64,000 nt of DNA, taken from Acidimicrobiia bacterium (GTDB lineage: Bacteria; Actinomycetota; Acidimicrobiia; IMCC26256; PALSA-610). This document shows, piece after piece, positions 1 through 8,936 of the stretch; positions within the stretch are counted from its first letter, which is position 1, and every line of letters starts with the position of its first letter. The DNA is taken from positions 69,151-133,150 of the forward strand of contig JBBSEC010000001.1 in assembly GCA_038240075.1 (NCBI GenBank), in the 5' to 3' direction. Below the pieces are notes generated by a model. That model worked only from the letters and a program-made list of their open reading frames with translations, was not told the origin of the DNA and made no database searches. The position numbers and the translations under genes are program-made.

Positions 1-348
1 CTCCACAGCCGGGAACAGCGCTTCGAGGAACGCGGTGTCGCCGGTCGCGAGGTAGTGATGCCAGACGCCGTTCGCGATGTAGCAGGTGACGTTCGTGTCG
101 AGCGTGAACTCTTCGATCTCGTCGCCCATGTAATACGCGTGCCACGCGCCGTCGGGACGCTGGCGGCGGCGGAGCCAGTCGAACGCGCGGCGCGCGTCGT
201 CGTGACGACCGCCGACGTCGAGGGCCATGGCCGCTTCGACCAGGTTCCACGGATCGGTGTGACCACCGGGCGTCCACGGGATGTTGCCGTCGGGCAGCTG
301 ATTCGACGCGATCGCGTCGACCGTCTGCGCGACCTGCGCCGCCGACAT
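1..348 (-). CDS. N-terminal 116 codons of a prenyltransferase/squalene-oxidase-repeat-like (alpha/alpha toroid) protein; gene continues past the left edge
   Basis: Hand translation of the minus strand from ATG at 348 gives MSAAQVAQTVDAIASNQLPDGNIPWTPGGHTDPWNLVEAAMALDVGGRHDDARRAFDWLRRRQRPDGAWHAYY... GC3 is high. It is missing from the ORF track only because there is no stop inside the window. It lies 28 nt downstream of the methyltransferase stop. Confidence 0.6.
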   Translation of the reverse strand, partial: MSAAQVAQTVDAIASNQLPDGNIPWTPGGHTDPWNLVEAAMALDVGGRHDDARRAFDWLRRRQRPDGAWHAYYMGDEIEEFTLDTNVTCYIANGVWHHYLATGDTAFLEALFPAVE

Positions 349-376
349 GACTCCGGGAACTTCGGGGAGCGCGTTC

Positions 377-1126
377 CTAGGCAAGGCTGCGCTTTCCCCA
401 TTTCGCCATCGAGGGCGACACCTTCTCGGTGTAGATGACGACGCTCTTGCCGAGGACCGGGTTGAGCGCGCGTTCGAGCCGCACGGCACCGCGCGGGTTG
501 TGCTCGATGATGCGGCACAGGAACTCGTGGTAGCGGCGGACGGGCGCGGCGTCGGTGTTCTCGAGCCCGTAGATGCACTTCAGCCACCAGTAGGGCGAGT
601 GCAGCGCGTGCGCGTGGTGCGAGCCGCGCAGGTAGAGGCCGGCGCGCTCGAGCTTTCCTTCGAGCTCGTGCTGCCGGAAGATGCGCACGTGCCCGCCGGG
701 CGTGTCGTGGTAGTGGTGGTTGAGCGCCCAGCTCACCCGCTCGGGCCAGCGTGTCGGCACGGTGACGGCGAGCCGGCCGCCCGGCTTGAGCACGCGCACC
801 AGCTCGCTGATCACGCGCTCGTCGTCCCAGATGTGCTCGAGCACCTCCGACACGATCACGCGCTCGAAGCACGCGTCGGGGAACGGCACGTTGAGGGCGT
901 CGCCGTTGACGACGCCCGACCAGGCTTCGGGCCCGATCTCTCCGGCCTCGAGCATCGCGCCCGCAACCGCGGCGACATCCTTGAGCTCCGCGGCCGCGGC
1001 GTCGAGCGCAACGACGCGCGCACCACGGCGCATGGCCTCGAACGCATGCCGACCGCCGCCGCAACCGAGGTCGAGCAGGCGCTCGCCGCGTTGCAGGCCG
1101 AGCCGGTCGAAGTCGACGGTCAGCAA
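377..1126 (-). CDS. class I SAM-dependent methyltransferase
   Basis: Last 249 aa of ORF 377..2209. Motif I LLDLGCGGGRHAFE, plus VLEHI and LKPGGRL. Start set at in-frame TTG 1126 (gives M-LTVDFDRLG), which overlaps the upstream gene's TGA (TTGCTGA). Confidence 0.85.
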   Translation of the reverse strand: MLTVDFDRLGLQRGERLLDLGCGGGRHAFEAMRRGARVVALDAAAAELKDVAAVAGAMLEAGEIGPEAWSGVVNGDALNVPFPDACFERVIVSEVLEHIWDDERVISELVRVLKPGGRLAVTVPTRWPERVSWALNHHYHDTPGGHVRIFRQHELEGKLERAGLYLRGSHHAHALHSPYWWLKCIYGLENTDAAPVRRYHEFLCRIIEHNPRGAVRLERALNPVLGKSVVIYTEKVSPSMAKWGKRSLA

Positions 1127-2460
1127 GGCGCCGCGATCGTCGTTGCTCGGGAGCTCGCGGCGCGCGCGTCGTGGCGACGACGCGCGTGGGCCTCGAGCTC
1201 GAGGTAATAGTGCTCCTGCGTGCCTTCGGCGGTCTTGCGCCACGTGAAGCGGTCGAGCACCCGACGGCGGCCGGCCTCGCCCAGGCGGGCCCGCAGCTCC
1301 GGGTTCCCGAGCACTTCGACGATCTGTGCCGCGAGCGCGGAGGGATCGGCGACCGGCACGAGCATGCCGCTCTCGCCGTGGCGACCGACGACCTCGGGCA
1401 GCGCGCCACCGGTCGTCGCGACCACCGGTGTCCCCGACGCCATGGCTTCGATGGCCGGGAGCGAGAAACCCTCGTAGAGCGAAGGGATCACGGCGATCTC
1501 GGCTTCGGCGTAGAGCTCGACGATGCGCTCGTCGGTCACACCGCTCACGAACTGGACCGCGTCGCCGAGACCGAGCTGCTCGATCTGCGCGGGGATGCGG
1601 CTCTTGTGACGCGGCTGGCCGATGACGACGAGGTGAGCGTCGGGCCGTTCGACGCGCACCTTGGCGAGCGCGTCGATCAGGTAGGTGAGGCCCTTGAGCG
1701 GAACGTCGGCGCTCGCGGTCGTCATCAACCGACCGGGGATGCGCGCGACGTGCGGGAGCGGCCGGAACCGCGCCTGGTCGACACCGACCGGAACGATGTG
1801 CAGCCGCTCGGCGTCGACACCCATCTGGGCGACGATGTCGATCTTCGAGTTCTCCGACACGGTGAGGTGGCGGGGGAGGCAGCGCGCGACGCGCATCTGC
1901 ATGTTGAGGAAGCCGTACCAGCGCCGCAGCGGGAGCTTGCGCGTGAAGCTGGTCGTCGCCGCGAGCTCGAGGTCGCGGTCGACCGTGATCGGGTGGTGGA
2001 GCGTGTGCACGAGCGGCCAGCCGTCGTCGAGCATCCCGAGGAGGCCGCTGCCGAGGCACTGGTTGTCGTGGACGAGGTCGAAGTCGTTGCGGCGGCGGGC
2101 GAGGAGCTGCCGGGCCCGCACGCTGAACGTGTACGGCTCCGGGAACCCGGCGCTGCACATGAGCAGGTACTCCTGCAGGTCGACCTTGGTCCGGATCTCG
2201 TGCGGCCACGGGGTCCGGAACGGGTTCTCGCGGCGGTAGAGGTCGAGGCTCGCGACCTCGGTGAGCGTCACCGGGTCTTCGAGGACCGGCCAGGGCTGGC
2301 CCGCGAACACCTCCACGGTGTGGCCGAGGTTGGCCAGCTCGAGGGTCAGATGCCGGCTGTAGACCCCCTGACCACCGCAGTGCGGGTTGCCCCGGTAGAC
2401 CAGATAGGCGATCCGCAAGGGGTCACCGGGGCGCGGGAGGGGAAGCGGGGAAGTCGCCAT
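1120..2460 (-). CDS. glycosyltransferase family 4 (GT-B fold)
   Basis: ORF 1120..2499. N-terminus RIAYLVYRGNPHCGGQGVYSRHL; C-terminal EGFSLPAIEAMASGTPVVAT region typical of GT4. Start taken at ATG 2460 (MATSPLP); TTG 2499 is also possible. Confidence 0.85.
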   Translation of the reverse strand: MATSPLPLPRPGDPLRIAYLVYRGNPHCGGQGVYSRHLTLELANLGHTVEVFAGQPWPVLEDPVTLTEVASLDLYRRENPFRTPWPHEIRTKVDLQEYLLMCSAGFPEPYTFSVRARQLLARRRNDFDLVHDNQCLGSGLLGMLDDGWPLVHTLHHPITVDRDLELAATTSFTRKLPLRRWYGFLNMQMRVARCLPRHLTVSENSKIDIVAQMGVDAERLHIVPVGVDQARFRPLPHVARIPGRLMTTASADVPLKGLTYLIDALAKVRVERPDAHLVVIGQPRHKSRIPAQIEQLGLGDAVQFVSGVTDERIVELYAEAEIAVIPSLYEGFSLPAIEAMASGTPVVATTGGALPEVVGRHGESGMLVPVADPSALAAQIVEVLGNPELRARLGEAGRRRVLDRFTWRKTAEGTQEHYYLELEAHARRRHDARAASSRATTIAAPC

Positions 2461-2577
2461 GGTGACGCAAGCCTGCCGGTCTTTGGGGTTCCCGGGCAAG
2501 TAGAGCGACGAAACCGGTCGATTCGGGATGAAATGCCCGTCGGGGTTCCGCGGGAACGCGATCTAGGGTCGCTGGTC

Positions 2578-4407
2578 ATGGCAGGTGAGCACCCGATCAG
2601 CGCACAGATGATCGCCCGGTCGCACGGGGTGGGTGAGCCGCGGTGGTCGCCGAGCGGGCGCGCGCTTGCGTGGCTCGACTCGTGGAACGGGCGCACCGAC
2701 GTCGTGATCGCCCCGACGGCCGGGGATCGGCCGCCGCGGGTGGTGACCGCCGACTTCGCGGTGACGCCGGCGGGTGCGTACGGCGGCGGCGGGTTCTGCT
2801 GGATCTCCGACGACGAGCTCGCCGTGGCCGGCGCCGACGGCCGGCTCGCTGTCGTTCCGGTCGCGGGCGGGCCGCCGAGAATCGTCAGCCGCGATGGCGT
2901 CGCGCTCGCTCCCGCCGCGAGCCCGGACGGCAAGATGATCGCGTTCACCCTCGACCGGCCCGACGCGTGCGCGATCGCGGTCGTGCCCGTCGACGGATCG
3001 GAGTGGCCCCGCCGGATCTCGGGCGCGGCCGACTACGCGTGGGACGCCGCGTGGAGCCCCGACAGCCGGACGCTCGTGTGGCACGAATGGGATCTCGACG
3101 AGATGTCGTGGGACGCGTCGCGCGTCGCGATCCGCGCGCTCGACGATGCGCAACCGAAGATCGTCGCGGGTGGCGCGACCGAAGCCGTCGGCCAACCCCG
3201 CTTCTCGCCCGACGGCGCGCACCTCGCGTGGACGAGCGACCGCAGCGGCGTGACCAACCTCTGGGTCGCGCACGCCGACGGTACCGACGCCCACCGGCTC
3301 GTCGACGAGGCGCAGGAGCACGCGTCTCCCGCGTGGGGGCCGGGCCAGCGCACCTACGCGTGGTCGCCCGACGGCCGCGCGCTCGCGTACTGCCGCAACG
3401 AGGACGGTTTCGGTCGCCTCGCGACGCGCGCACTCGACGCGCAAGGCGACTCGGTCGAGATCGCCAAGGCGTGGCATTCGGGCCTCGCATGGTCCGACGC
3501 CGGAATCGTCGCCGTGCGCGCCGGCGCGCGGACGCCGTCGACGGTGGTCGTCACCGACGCGACGACGGGAGCGCGCCGAGAGATCGCGCGCGGCCCAGTC
3601 GCCGGCTTCGAAGCGGCCGGGCTGGTCGAGCCCGAGCCGGTCACGTGGGAGTCCGACGGGGCGACCGTTCACGGTTTGCTCTACCGCCCGGCGACGAGCG
3701 CGCTCGGTGTGGGCACGAGGCCGCCGCTCTACGTCTACATCCACGGTGGTCCGACGAGTCAGGTGATGGCGGAATGGAACTCGCGCATCGCCTACTGGGT
3801 GTCGCGCGGGTGGGCCGTGCTCGCGCCGAACTACCGGGGCTCGTCGGGTTACGGCCGCGAGTACGCGCAGGGTCTGCGTGAGCAGTGGGGTGTGGTCGAC
3901 GTGGCCGACACCGCCGCGGGCATCCGCAACGCGATCCGGCTCGAGTGGTGCGACCCGACACGCGTCGTCGTCGCCGGCGGCAGCGCGGGTGGTATGACCG
4001 TCTTCCTGCTCTGCGCGCTCCATGGCGACGTCGTGCGCGCGGGTGTGAGCCTGTTCGGCGTCACCGACCTGTTCGAGCTGGCCCGCACGACGCACCGCTT
4101 CGAATCGAAGTACCTCGACGCGCTGATCGGGCGGCTCCCGGCCGACGCCGACCGCTACCGCGAGCGCTCGCCGATCACGCATGCGCACGCCATCAAGGTG
4201 CCCGTCCTCGTGCTCCAGGGCGATGAAGACCCCGCCGTTCCGAAGCCGCAGGCCGATGCCATGGTCGACGCGATGCGTACGGCCGGTGCGCCCGTGGAGT
4301 ACCACGTGTACGCGGGGGAGGGGCACGGCTTCCGCAAGCTCGAGAACGTGAGCGACGAGTTCGAGCGCACCGAGGCGTTCCTCACGAAGTGGGTCCTGCG
4401 GCGGTGA
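2578..4407 (+). CDS. S9 family serine peptidase (beta-propeller plus prolyl-oligopeptidase-type hydrolase domain)
   Basis: ATG 2578 inside ORF 1171..4407. Repeated (W/F)SPDG propeller motifs, GGSAGG nucleophile elbow, GEGHGF histidine motif. The upstream 469 codons of the ORF are antisense to the GT4 gene. Confidence 0.85.
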   Translation: MAGEHPISAQMIARSHGVGEPRWSPSGRALAWLDSWNGRTDVVIAPTAGDRPPRVVTADFAVTPAGAYGGGGFCWISDDELAVAGADGRLAVVPVAGGPPRIVSRDGVALAPAASPDGKMIAFTLDRPDACAIAVVPVDGSEWPRRISGAADYAWDAAWSPDSRTLVWHEWDLDEMSWDASRVAIRALDDAQPKIVAGGATEAVGQPRFSPDGAHLAWTSDRSGVTNLWVAHADGTDAHRLVDEAQEHASPAWGPGQRTYAWSPDGRALAYCRNEDGFGRLATRALDAQGDSVEIAKAWHSGLAWSDAGIVAVRAGARTPSTVVVTDATTGARREIARGPVAGFEAAGLVEPEPVTWESDGATVHGLLYRPATSALGVGTRPPLYVYIHGGPTSQVMAEWNSRIAYWVSRGWAVLAPNYRGSSGYGREYAQGLREQWGVVDVADTAAGIRNAIRLEWCDPTRVVVAGGSAGGMTVFLLCALHGDVVRAGVSLFGVTDLFELARTTHRFESKYLDALIGRLPADADRYRERSPITHAHAIKVPVLVLQGDEDPAVPKPQADAMVDAMRTAGAPVEYHVYAGEGHGFRKLENVSDEFERTEAFLTKWVLRR

Positions 4408-5060
4408 GCGAGAAGCTCCTCAGCGAGATCGAGATGGAGGGACCGTCGAGTGGCGCGGATCGCGCGGTGCTTCTGGCGCACGGTGCCGGGGCCGACATGC
4501 ATGCGGCCACGCTCACGACGTTCGCCGACGCGCTCGCGGAGGCGGGTGTGCCGGTGATGCGCTTCAACTTCCCGTACCGCACGGCCGGCAAGCGCGCTCC
4601 TGACCGTCCCGTGGTGCTCTCGGCCGCGACGCGCGAAGCCGCGGCGGAGCTCGCGTCGCGCACGCAGCTCCCGCCGGAACGGCTCGTGATCGGTGGTCGC
4701 TCGATGGGCGGCCGGTACACGTCGCTCGCGGTCGGCGACGCGGAAGATCCGCTCCCCGCGCTGGGTCTCTTGCTCCTCGGCTATCCGCTGCACCCAGCCG
4801 GAAAGCCCGAGAAGCTGCGCGTCGAGCACTTCTCGCGCATCAACGTTCCCGTGCTGTTCGTCAGCGGCACGCGCGACTCGCTCGCGGGCGCCGACGCGCT
4901 GCGCGCCCATGCAACCGAGATCGCAGGACCGGTCGCGTTCCACTGGATCGAGAGCGCCGACCATGGCTTCAAGCCCCTGAAGTCGAGCGGCCTCACGGTC
5001 CCCGCCGCGCTCGCGGCGGCCGCGAGTGCCGCGACCACCTGGGTGACCGGGCTCCGGTAA
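4389..5060 (+). CDS. alpha/beta-hydrolase family protein (small, dienelactone-hydrolase-like)
   Basis: ORF 4389..5060. LLAHGAGADM, GGRSMGG nucleophile elbow, C-terminal ADHGF. Overlaps the S9 peptidase stop; an alternative GTG at 4404 forms GTGA. Confidence 0.75.
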   Translation: MGPAAVSEKLLSEIEMEGPSSGADRAVLLAHGAGADMHAATLTTFADALAEAGVPVMRFNFPYRTAGKRAPDRPVVLSAATREAAAELASRTQLPPERLVIGGRSMGGRYTSLAVGDAEDPLPALGLLLLGYPLHPAGKPEKLRVEHFSRINVPVLFVSGTRDSLAGADALRAHATEIAGPVAFHWIESADHGFKPLKSSGLTVPAALAAAASAATTWVTGLR

Positions 5061-5138
5061 TGGCGGACCGCCGCTCATAAGGCGGCCGTTTCAGCCGATT
5101 GCGTAGTCGAGTCGTACGCGTACGAAGGGACCTCGATC

Positions 5139-7211
5139 GTGGTCGGTACACAAAGGTCGCGCCTGGGCGCGGCGGTTCTGGCCATCGTCGCGTGCGTCGG
5201 ATTGGTCGCGGTGGCGCCGGCGGGCGCCGTGGACACCACGGTCAACGCGGTGACGCTTCCGAGTGGCATCTATACCCTCTTTGGTGCTTCGTGTCCGACG
5301 ACGAGCGCGTGCGTTGCCGTCGGGATCAACATGGACGCGAGTGGCGCGATCATCACGAGCGCGAACGGCGGCCTCAACTGGACCGCCGCCGCGAGCACCG
5401 GCGCCACGATGGCTCAGCAGTACGGCGTGTCGTGCCCGTCGGCTTCGCACTGCGTCTCCGTCGGCCAGGACAGCTCGCACGAGCCGGCCGCGTACGTCAC
5501 CAACGACGGCGGCATCAACTGGACCGCGACCATCGCGCCGGGCGGCGCAAGCAGCGGCGACGCGCTCCGTGGGGTCTCGTGTGCATCCGTGACCAAGTGC
5601 GTTGCCGTCGGCCTTCTCGGCTTCGGTTCCATCGTCTGGACGAGCGCCGACGGTGGCGCGACCTGGAACGACCACTCGTCGGCGACCACCTCGCATGACC
5701 TCGAGTCGGTGTCGTGTGGTTCGATCACGCACTGCGTCGCGGTCGGCAACGGCAACTCTTCGTTCACGAACGACGGCGGTGCGACCTGGACGACGCAGGG
5801 GTCCGACAACCTCTACGGCGCCTCGTGTGCATCCGCGCAGGGCTGCCTGGTCGGCGGTTACCAGTTGTCCAACGGTTTCGCCTCGGTCATGGACACGAGC
5901 AACGGGGGATCGACGTTCACGAACCACACGATCTCGCCCGGTGCCGGCGGCAGCTTCCGTGGCGTGTCGTGCCCGACGACGTCGGTGTGTGTCGCGTCCG
6001 GCTTCTTCTCCGGCGGGTACCTCGCCACGACCGTCGACGGCGGAGCGACGTGGTCGACTCCCGCGGTCCCGTCCCACATCAGCGTGCTGTGGGGCGTCTC
6101 GTGCGCCGCGCCCTCGGTGTGCGTGGCGGTCGGGGAAAGCGATACGAGCAGCGCGGCCGCGGTCGAGTTCGGCATCGCCAACACGGTCAGCGTGACCAAC
6201 CCCGGTGACCAGGCGGGGTCGACAGGAAGCGCGATCTCGCCGCTCGCGATCAGCGCCGGCGACTCCGACGGGACGGCGACGCTCTCGTACGCGGCAACGG
6301 GTCTGCCCGCGGGCGTGTCGATCGATGCGACAACGGGTGTGATCGCCGGGACCCCGACGACCGCGTGCGCCTGCACGGTGACGGTGACCGTGAGCGACGG
6401 CGCCGGCGGAACCGGATCGACCGCGTTCGCGTGGACGACGACGACCGAGGCCGCCACGACACCGAGCAGCTATCGGTTGGTGGCGCGCGACGGCGGTGTG
6501 TTCTCCTTCGGCAGCGACGGGTTCCACGGCTCCACGGCGGCGTTGAACCTCGGTGATGGGATCGCAGGCATCGCGACGACCGCGAGCCACGACGGCTACT
6601 GGCTGGCGGAAGCCGACGGCCATGTCTTCGCGTTCGGCGACGCCGAGTACCACGGCTACGCGCCCGGCAACAACCCTTCCGATCTGGTCGTCGGCATTGC
6701 GCCGACCGCCGACGACGGCGGCTACTGGATGGCGACGTCGCAGGGTGGCGTTCTCAACTTCGGTGACGCGACGTTCCGCGGCTCGGCGAGCTCGATACCG
6801 CTCAACCGGTCGATCGTCGGCATCGCGGCGACACCCGGCGGTAAGGGCTACTGGCTCGTCGCTTCCGATGGGGGCGTGTTCTCCTACGGCGATGCCGCGT
6901 TCTACGGCTCGACCAGCGCGATCAACCTCCGCGCACCGATCGTGGCGATGGCGGCGACTCCCGACGGCAAGGGCTACTCGTTGGTCGGTGCCGACGGTGG
7001 CGTCTTCTCGTTCGGCGACGCCGCGTTCTCCGGCTCGACCGGCGCCATGCCCCTGCGGGCCTCGATCGTCGGCATTGCGGCAACGGCCAACGGGAAGGGC
7101 TACTGGCTGGTCGGTGCCGACGGTGGCGTGTTCGCGTTCGGTGACGCGCCGTTCGACGGCTCCGTGGCGGGAATGACGCTCGCCCGGCCCATGGTCGGGA
7201 TGGGCGCCTGA
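5139..7211 (+). CDS. secreted multidomain repeat protein: signal peptide, 7 Cys-pair BNR-like blades, Ig-like domain, 6 x 42-aa GYWLV..DGGVF.FGDA repeats
   Basis: ORF 5139..7211. N-terminus RSRLGAAVLAIVACVGLVAVAPAGA. Seven G(V/A)SC-x5-C-V-A-V-G units and six GG-x-(W/F)T/N/S motifs. GLPAGVSIDATTGVIAGTP Ig-like segment. Six C-terminal repeats. Confidence 0.8.
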   Translation: MVGTQRSRLGAAVLAIVACVGLVAVAPAGAVDTTVNAVTLPSGIYTLFGASCPTTSACVAVGINMDASGAIITSANGGLNWTAAASTGATMAQQYGVSCPSASHCVSVGQDSSHEPAAYVTNDGGINWTATIAPGGASSGDALRGVSCASVTKCVAVGLLGFGSIVWTSADGGATWNDHSSATTSHDLESVSCGSITHCVAVGNGNSSFTNDGGATWTTQGSDNLYGASCASAQGCLVGGYQLSNGFASVMDTSNGGSTFTNHTISPGAGGSFRGVSCPTTSVCVASGFFSGGYLATTVDGGATWSTPAVPSHISVLWGVSCAAPSVCVAVGESDTSSAAAVEFGIANTVSVTNPGDQAGSTGSAISPLAISAGDSDGTATLSYAATGLPAGVSIDATTGVIAGTPTTACACTVTVTVSDGAGGTGSTAFAWTTTTEAATTPSSYRLVARDGGVFSFGSDGFHGSTAALNLGDGIAGIATTASHDGYWLAEADGHVFAFGDAEYHGYAPGNNPSDLVVGIAPTADDGGYWMATSQGGVLNFGDATFRGSASSIPLNRSIVGIAATPGGKGYWLVASDGGVFSYGDAAFYGSTSAINLRAPIVAMAATPDGKGYSLVGADGGVFSFGDAAFSGSTGAMPLRASIVGIAATANGKGYWLVGADGGVFAFGDAPFDGSVAGMTLARPMVGMGA

Positions 7212-7272
7212 ACGCCTGAGCCGCGGCGGGCGAACCCGGCGCGGCGGATCGGCGCCGATACGCTCGTTCCCC

Positions 7273-8532
7273 ATGACGCGCTTCCTCGTGCGCCCCGGTC
7301 ACCGGATCGAGGGCGCAGTTCGCATCCCGGGCGCGACCAAGAACTCGGGTACCAAGCAGATGGCGGCCGCGCTGCTCGCGCCGGGCGTCACCACGATCGC
7401 CAACATCCCCCCGGTCGCCGATCTCGACGTGATGATCGAGCTGCTCGGAGTCCTCGGCGCGAGCGTCAGGTGGACGGGCGCGGATTCGCTCTCGATCGAC
7501 GCGAGCGGTGACCTCGAACCGGAGGCGCCGTACGAGATCGTCTCCCGTATGCGCGCGTCGATCAACGTGCTCGGTCCCTTGCTCGCGCGTTGTGGCGAGG
7601 CGCGCGTCGCGATGCCCGGTGGCGACAACATCGGGAGCCGCAAGATCAACATGCACCTCGGCGGCTTCGAGGCGATGGGCGCCGAGATCGACGTCGTCCA
7701 CGGCTACATCGAGGCGCGCGCGCCCGCGGGGCTCTCGGGCAACCGCATGGTGCTCGAGTTCCCGAGCGTCGGCGCGACCGAGAACCTCATCACCGCGGCG
7801 GTGCGCGCGAAGGGCACGAGCGTCATCGAGAACGCGGCGCGCGAACCCGAGATCACCGACCTCTGCGCGTTCCTCAACCGCATGGGCGCGCACATTGTGG
7901 GCGCGGGCTCGTCGACGCTCGAGATCGAGGGCGTCGAGGACCTGATCGCGGTCGACAGCGAGCTCATGGGCGACCGCATCGAGGCGGGCACGCTGATCAT
8001 GGCGTGCGGTGTCGCGGGCGGCGAGATCGAGCTCACCGGCGTGCGCCCGGAGCACCTCGAGCTCGTCACGATGAAGCTCGGAGAGATGGGCATGCGCGTG
8101 TCGCCGACGCCCGACGGCCTCTGGGCCCAGTCGAGCTCGCGGCTGCGCGCGGTCGACGTCGCGACCCTGCCCTTCCCCGGTTTCGCCACCGACTTCATGC
8201 CGATGGTGGTCGCGCTCCTCGCGGTGGGAGACGGCACGGCGATCGTCACCGAGAACGTCTACGACGGCCGCTTCCAGTTCATCGACGAGCTCGCGCGCAT
8301 GGGCGCCGACGTGAGGAACGAGGGCCGGCACGCGGTCGTCCGCGGCGTCGACCGGCTCTCGGGTGCACCGGTGAAGGCCTCCGACGTCCGCGCCGGCGCC
8401 GCGCTCACGATCGCCGGGCTGGCCGCCGACGGCGAGACGACCGTCCACGACTGCGAGCATGTCGACCGGGGCTATCCCGACCTCCCCGGCCAGCTCCGGG
8501 CGCTCGGTGCCGACGTCACGCGACTCCCATGA
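7273..8532 (+). CDS. murA: UDP-N-acetylglucosamine 1-carboxyvinyltransferase
   Basis: 419 aa. N-terminus RIPGATKNSGTKQMAAALLA; active-site loop MPGGDNIGSRKINMH; full-length collinear MurA-like sequence. Confidence 0.95.
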   Translation: MTRFLVRPGHRIEGAVRIPGATKNSGTKQMAAALLAPGVTTIANIPPVADLDVMIELLGVLGASVRWTGADSLSIDASGDLEPEAPYEIVSRMRASINVLGPLLARCGEARVAMPGGDNIGSRKINMHLGGFEAMGAEIDVVHGYIEARAPAGLSGNRMVLEFPSVGATENLITAAVRAKGTSVIENAAREPEITDLCAFLNRMGAHIVGAGSSTLEIEGVEDLIAVDSELMGDRIEAGTLIMACGVAGGEIELTGVRPEHLELVTMKLGEMGMRVSPTPDGLWAQSSSRLRAVDVATLPFPGFATDFMPMVVALLAVGDGTAIVTENVYDGRFQFIDELARMGADVRNEGRHAVVRGVDRLSGAPVKASDVRAGAALTIAGLAADGETTVHDCEHVDRGYPDLPGQLRALGADVTRLP

Positions 8533-8660
8533 GCTCACTCCTGCGCCGCACGGCTTCACCTCGCCTACTGAGGCTTCACGGTGGGCGGCTTGTTCGTTCG
8601 CTGGAATTGGTGAGACGGTCGAACCGTTACACTGACGAATAGCCCGCCACCAGGACGAAT

Positions 8661-8915
8661 GTGAGCACCATGGCCCTCGATCTCGCCAGCATGGAACCCG
8701 CGGTGCTCGAGGCGATCGACGCCATCCGGCCCGCCCTCCAGTCCGACGGGGGCGACATCGTCTTCCGTCAGATCGACGCCGACGGCGTCGTGCACGTCCA
8801 GCTGGTCGGCGCGTGCGGGACCTGCCCGGTCTCGACCATGACCCTCAAGGCCGGTGTCGAGCGGATCATCATGGACCGCGTTCCCGGCATCACCGAGGTC
8901 GTCGCGGACGAGTAA
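8661..8915 (+). CDS. NifU-like (Nfu C-terminal domain) Fe-S cluster protein
   Basis: 84 aa. IRPALQSDGGDI and GACGTCPVSTMTLK, the CxxC motif of the Nfu domain. Confidence 0.85.
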   Translation: MSTMALDLASMEPAVLEAIDAIRPALQSDGGDIVFRQIDADGVVHVQLVGACGTCPVSTMTLKAGVERIIMDRVPGITEVVADE

Positions 8916-8936
8916 CCGCTCGCGTAGGTTGCGGGC

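Noticed and set aside
55-438. Plus-strand 127-aa ORF at the left edge
   Set aside because: The translation is Arg/Val/Asp-rich with no recognisable motif. The opposite strand in the same region gives a clean alpha/alpha-toroid-like protein sequence starting at ATG 348.
2485-2549. Direct repeat GGGGTTCC (2485 and 2542) in the GT4/S9-peptidase divergent region as a regulatory site
   Set aside because: An 8-bp G/C-rich match at 57-bp spacing is expected by chance at this base composition.
1171-2577. N-terminal 469 codons of the 1078-aa ORF 1171..4407
   Set aside because: They are antisense to the well-supported GT4 gene and have low-complexity Arg/Glu/Asp/Val composition. The peptidase begins at ATG 2578.
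5091-7274. 727-aa minus-strand ORF covering the whole secreted-repeat gene
   Set aside because: It is a typical high-GC antisense shadow ORF: about one third Arg, with many Gly, Asp and Ala, and no domains. The plus-strand product has a signal peptide and ordered repeats.
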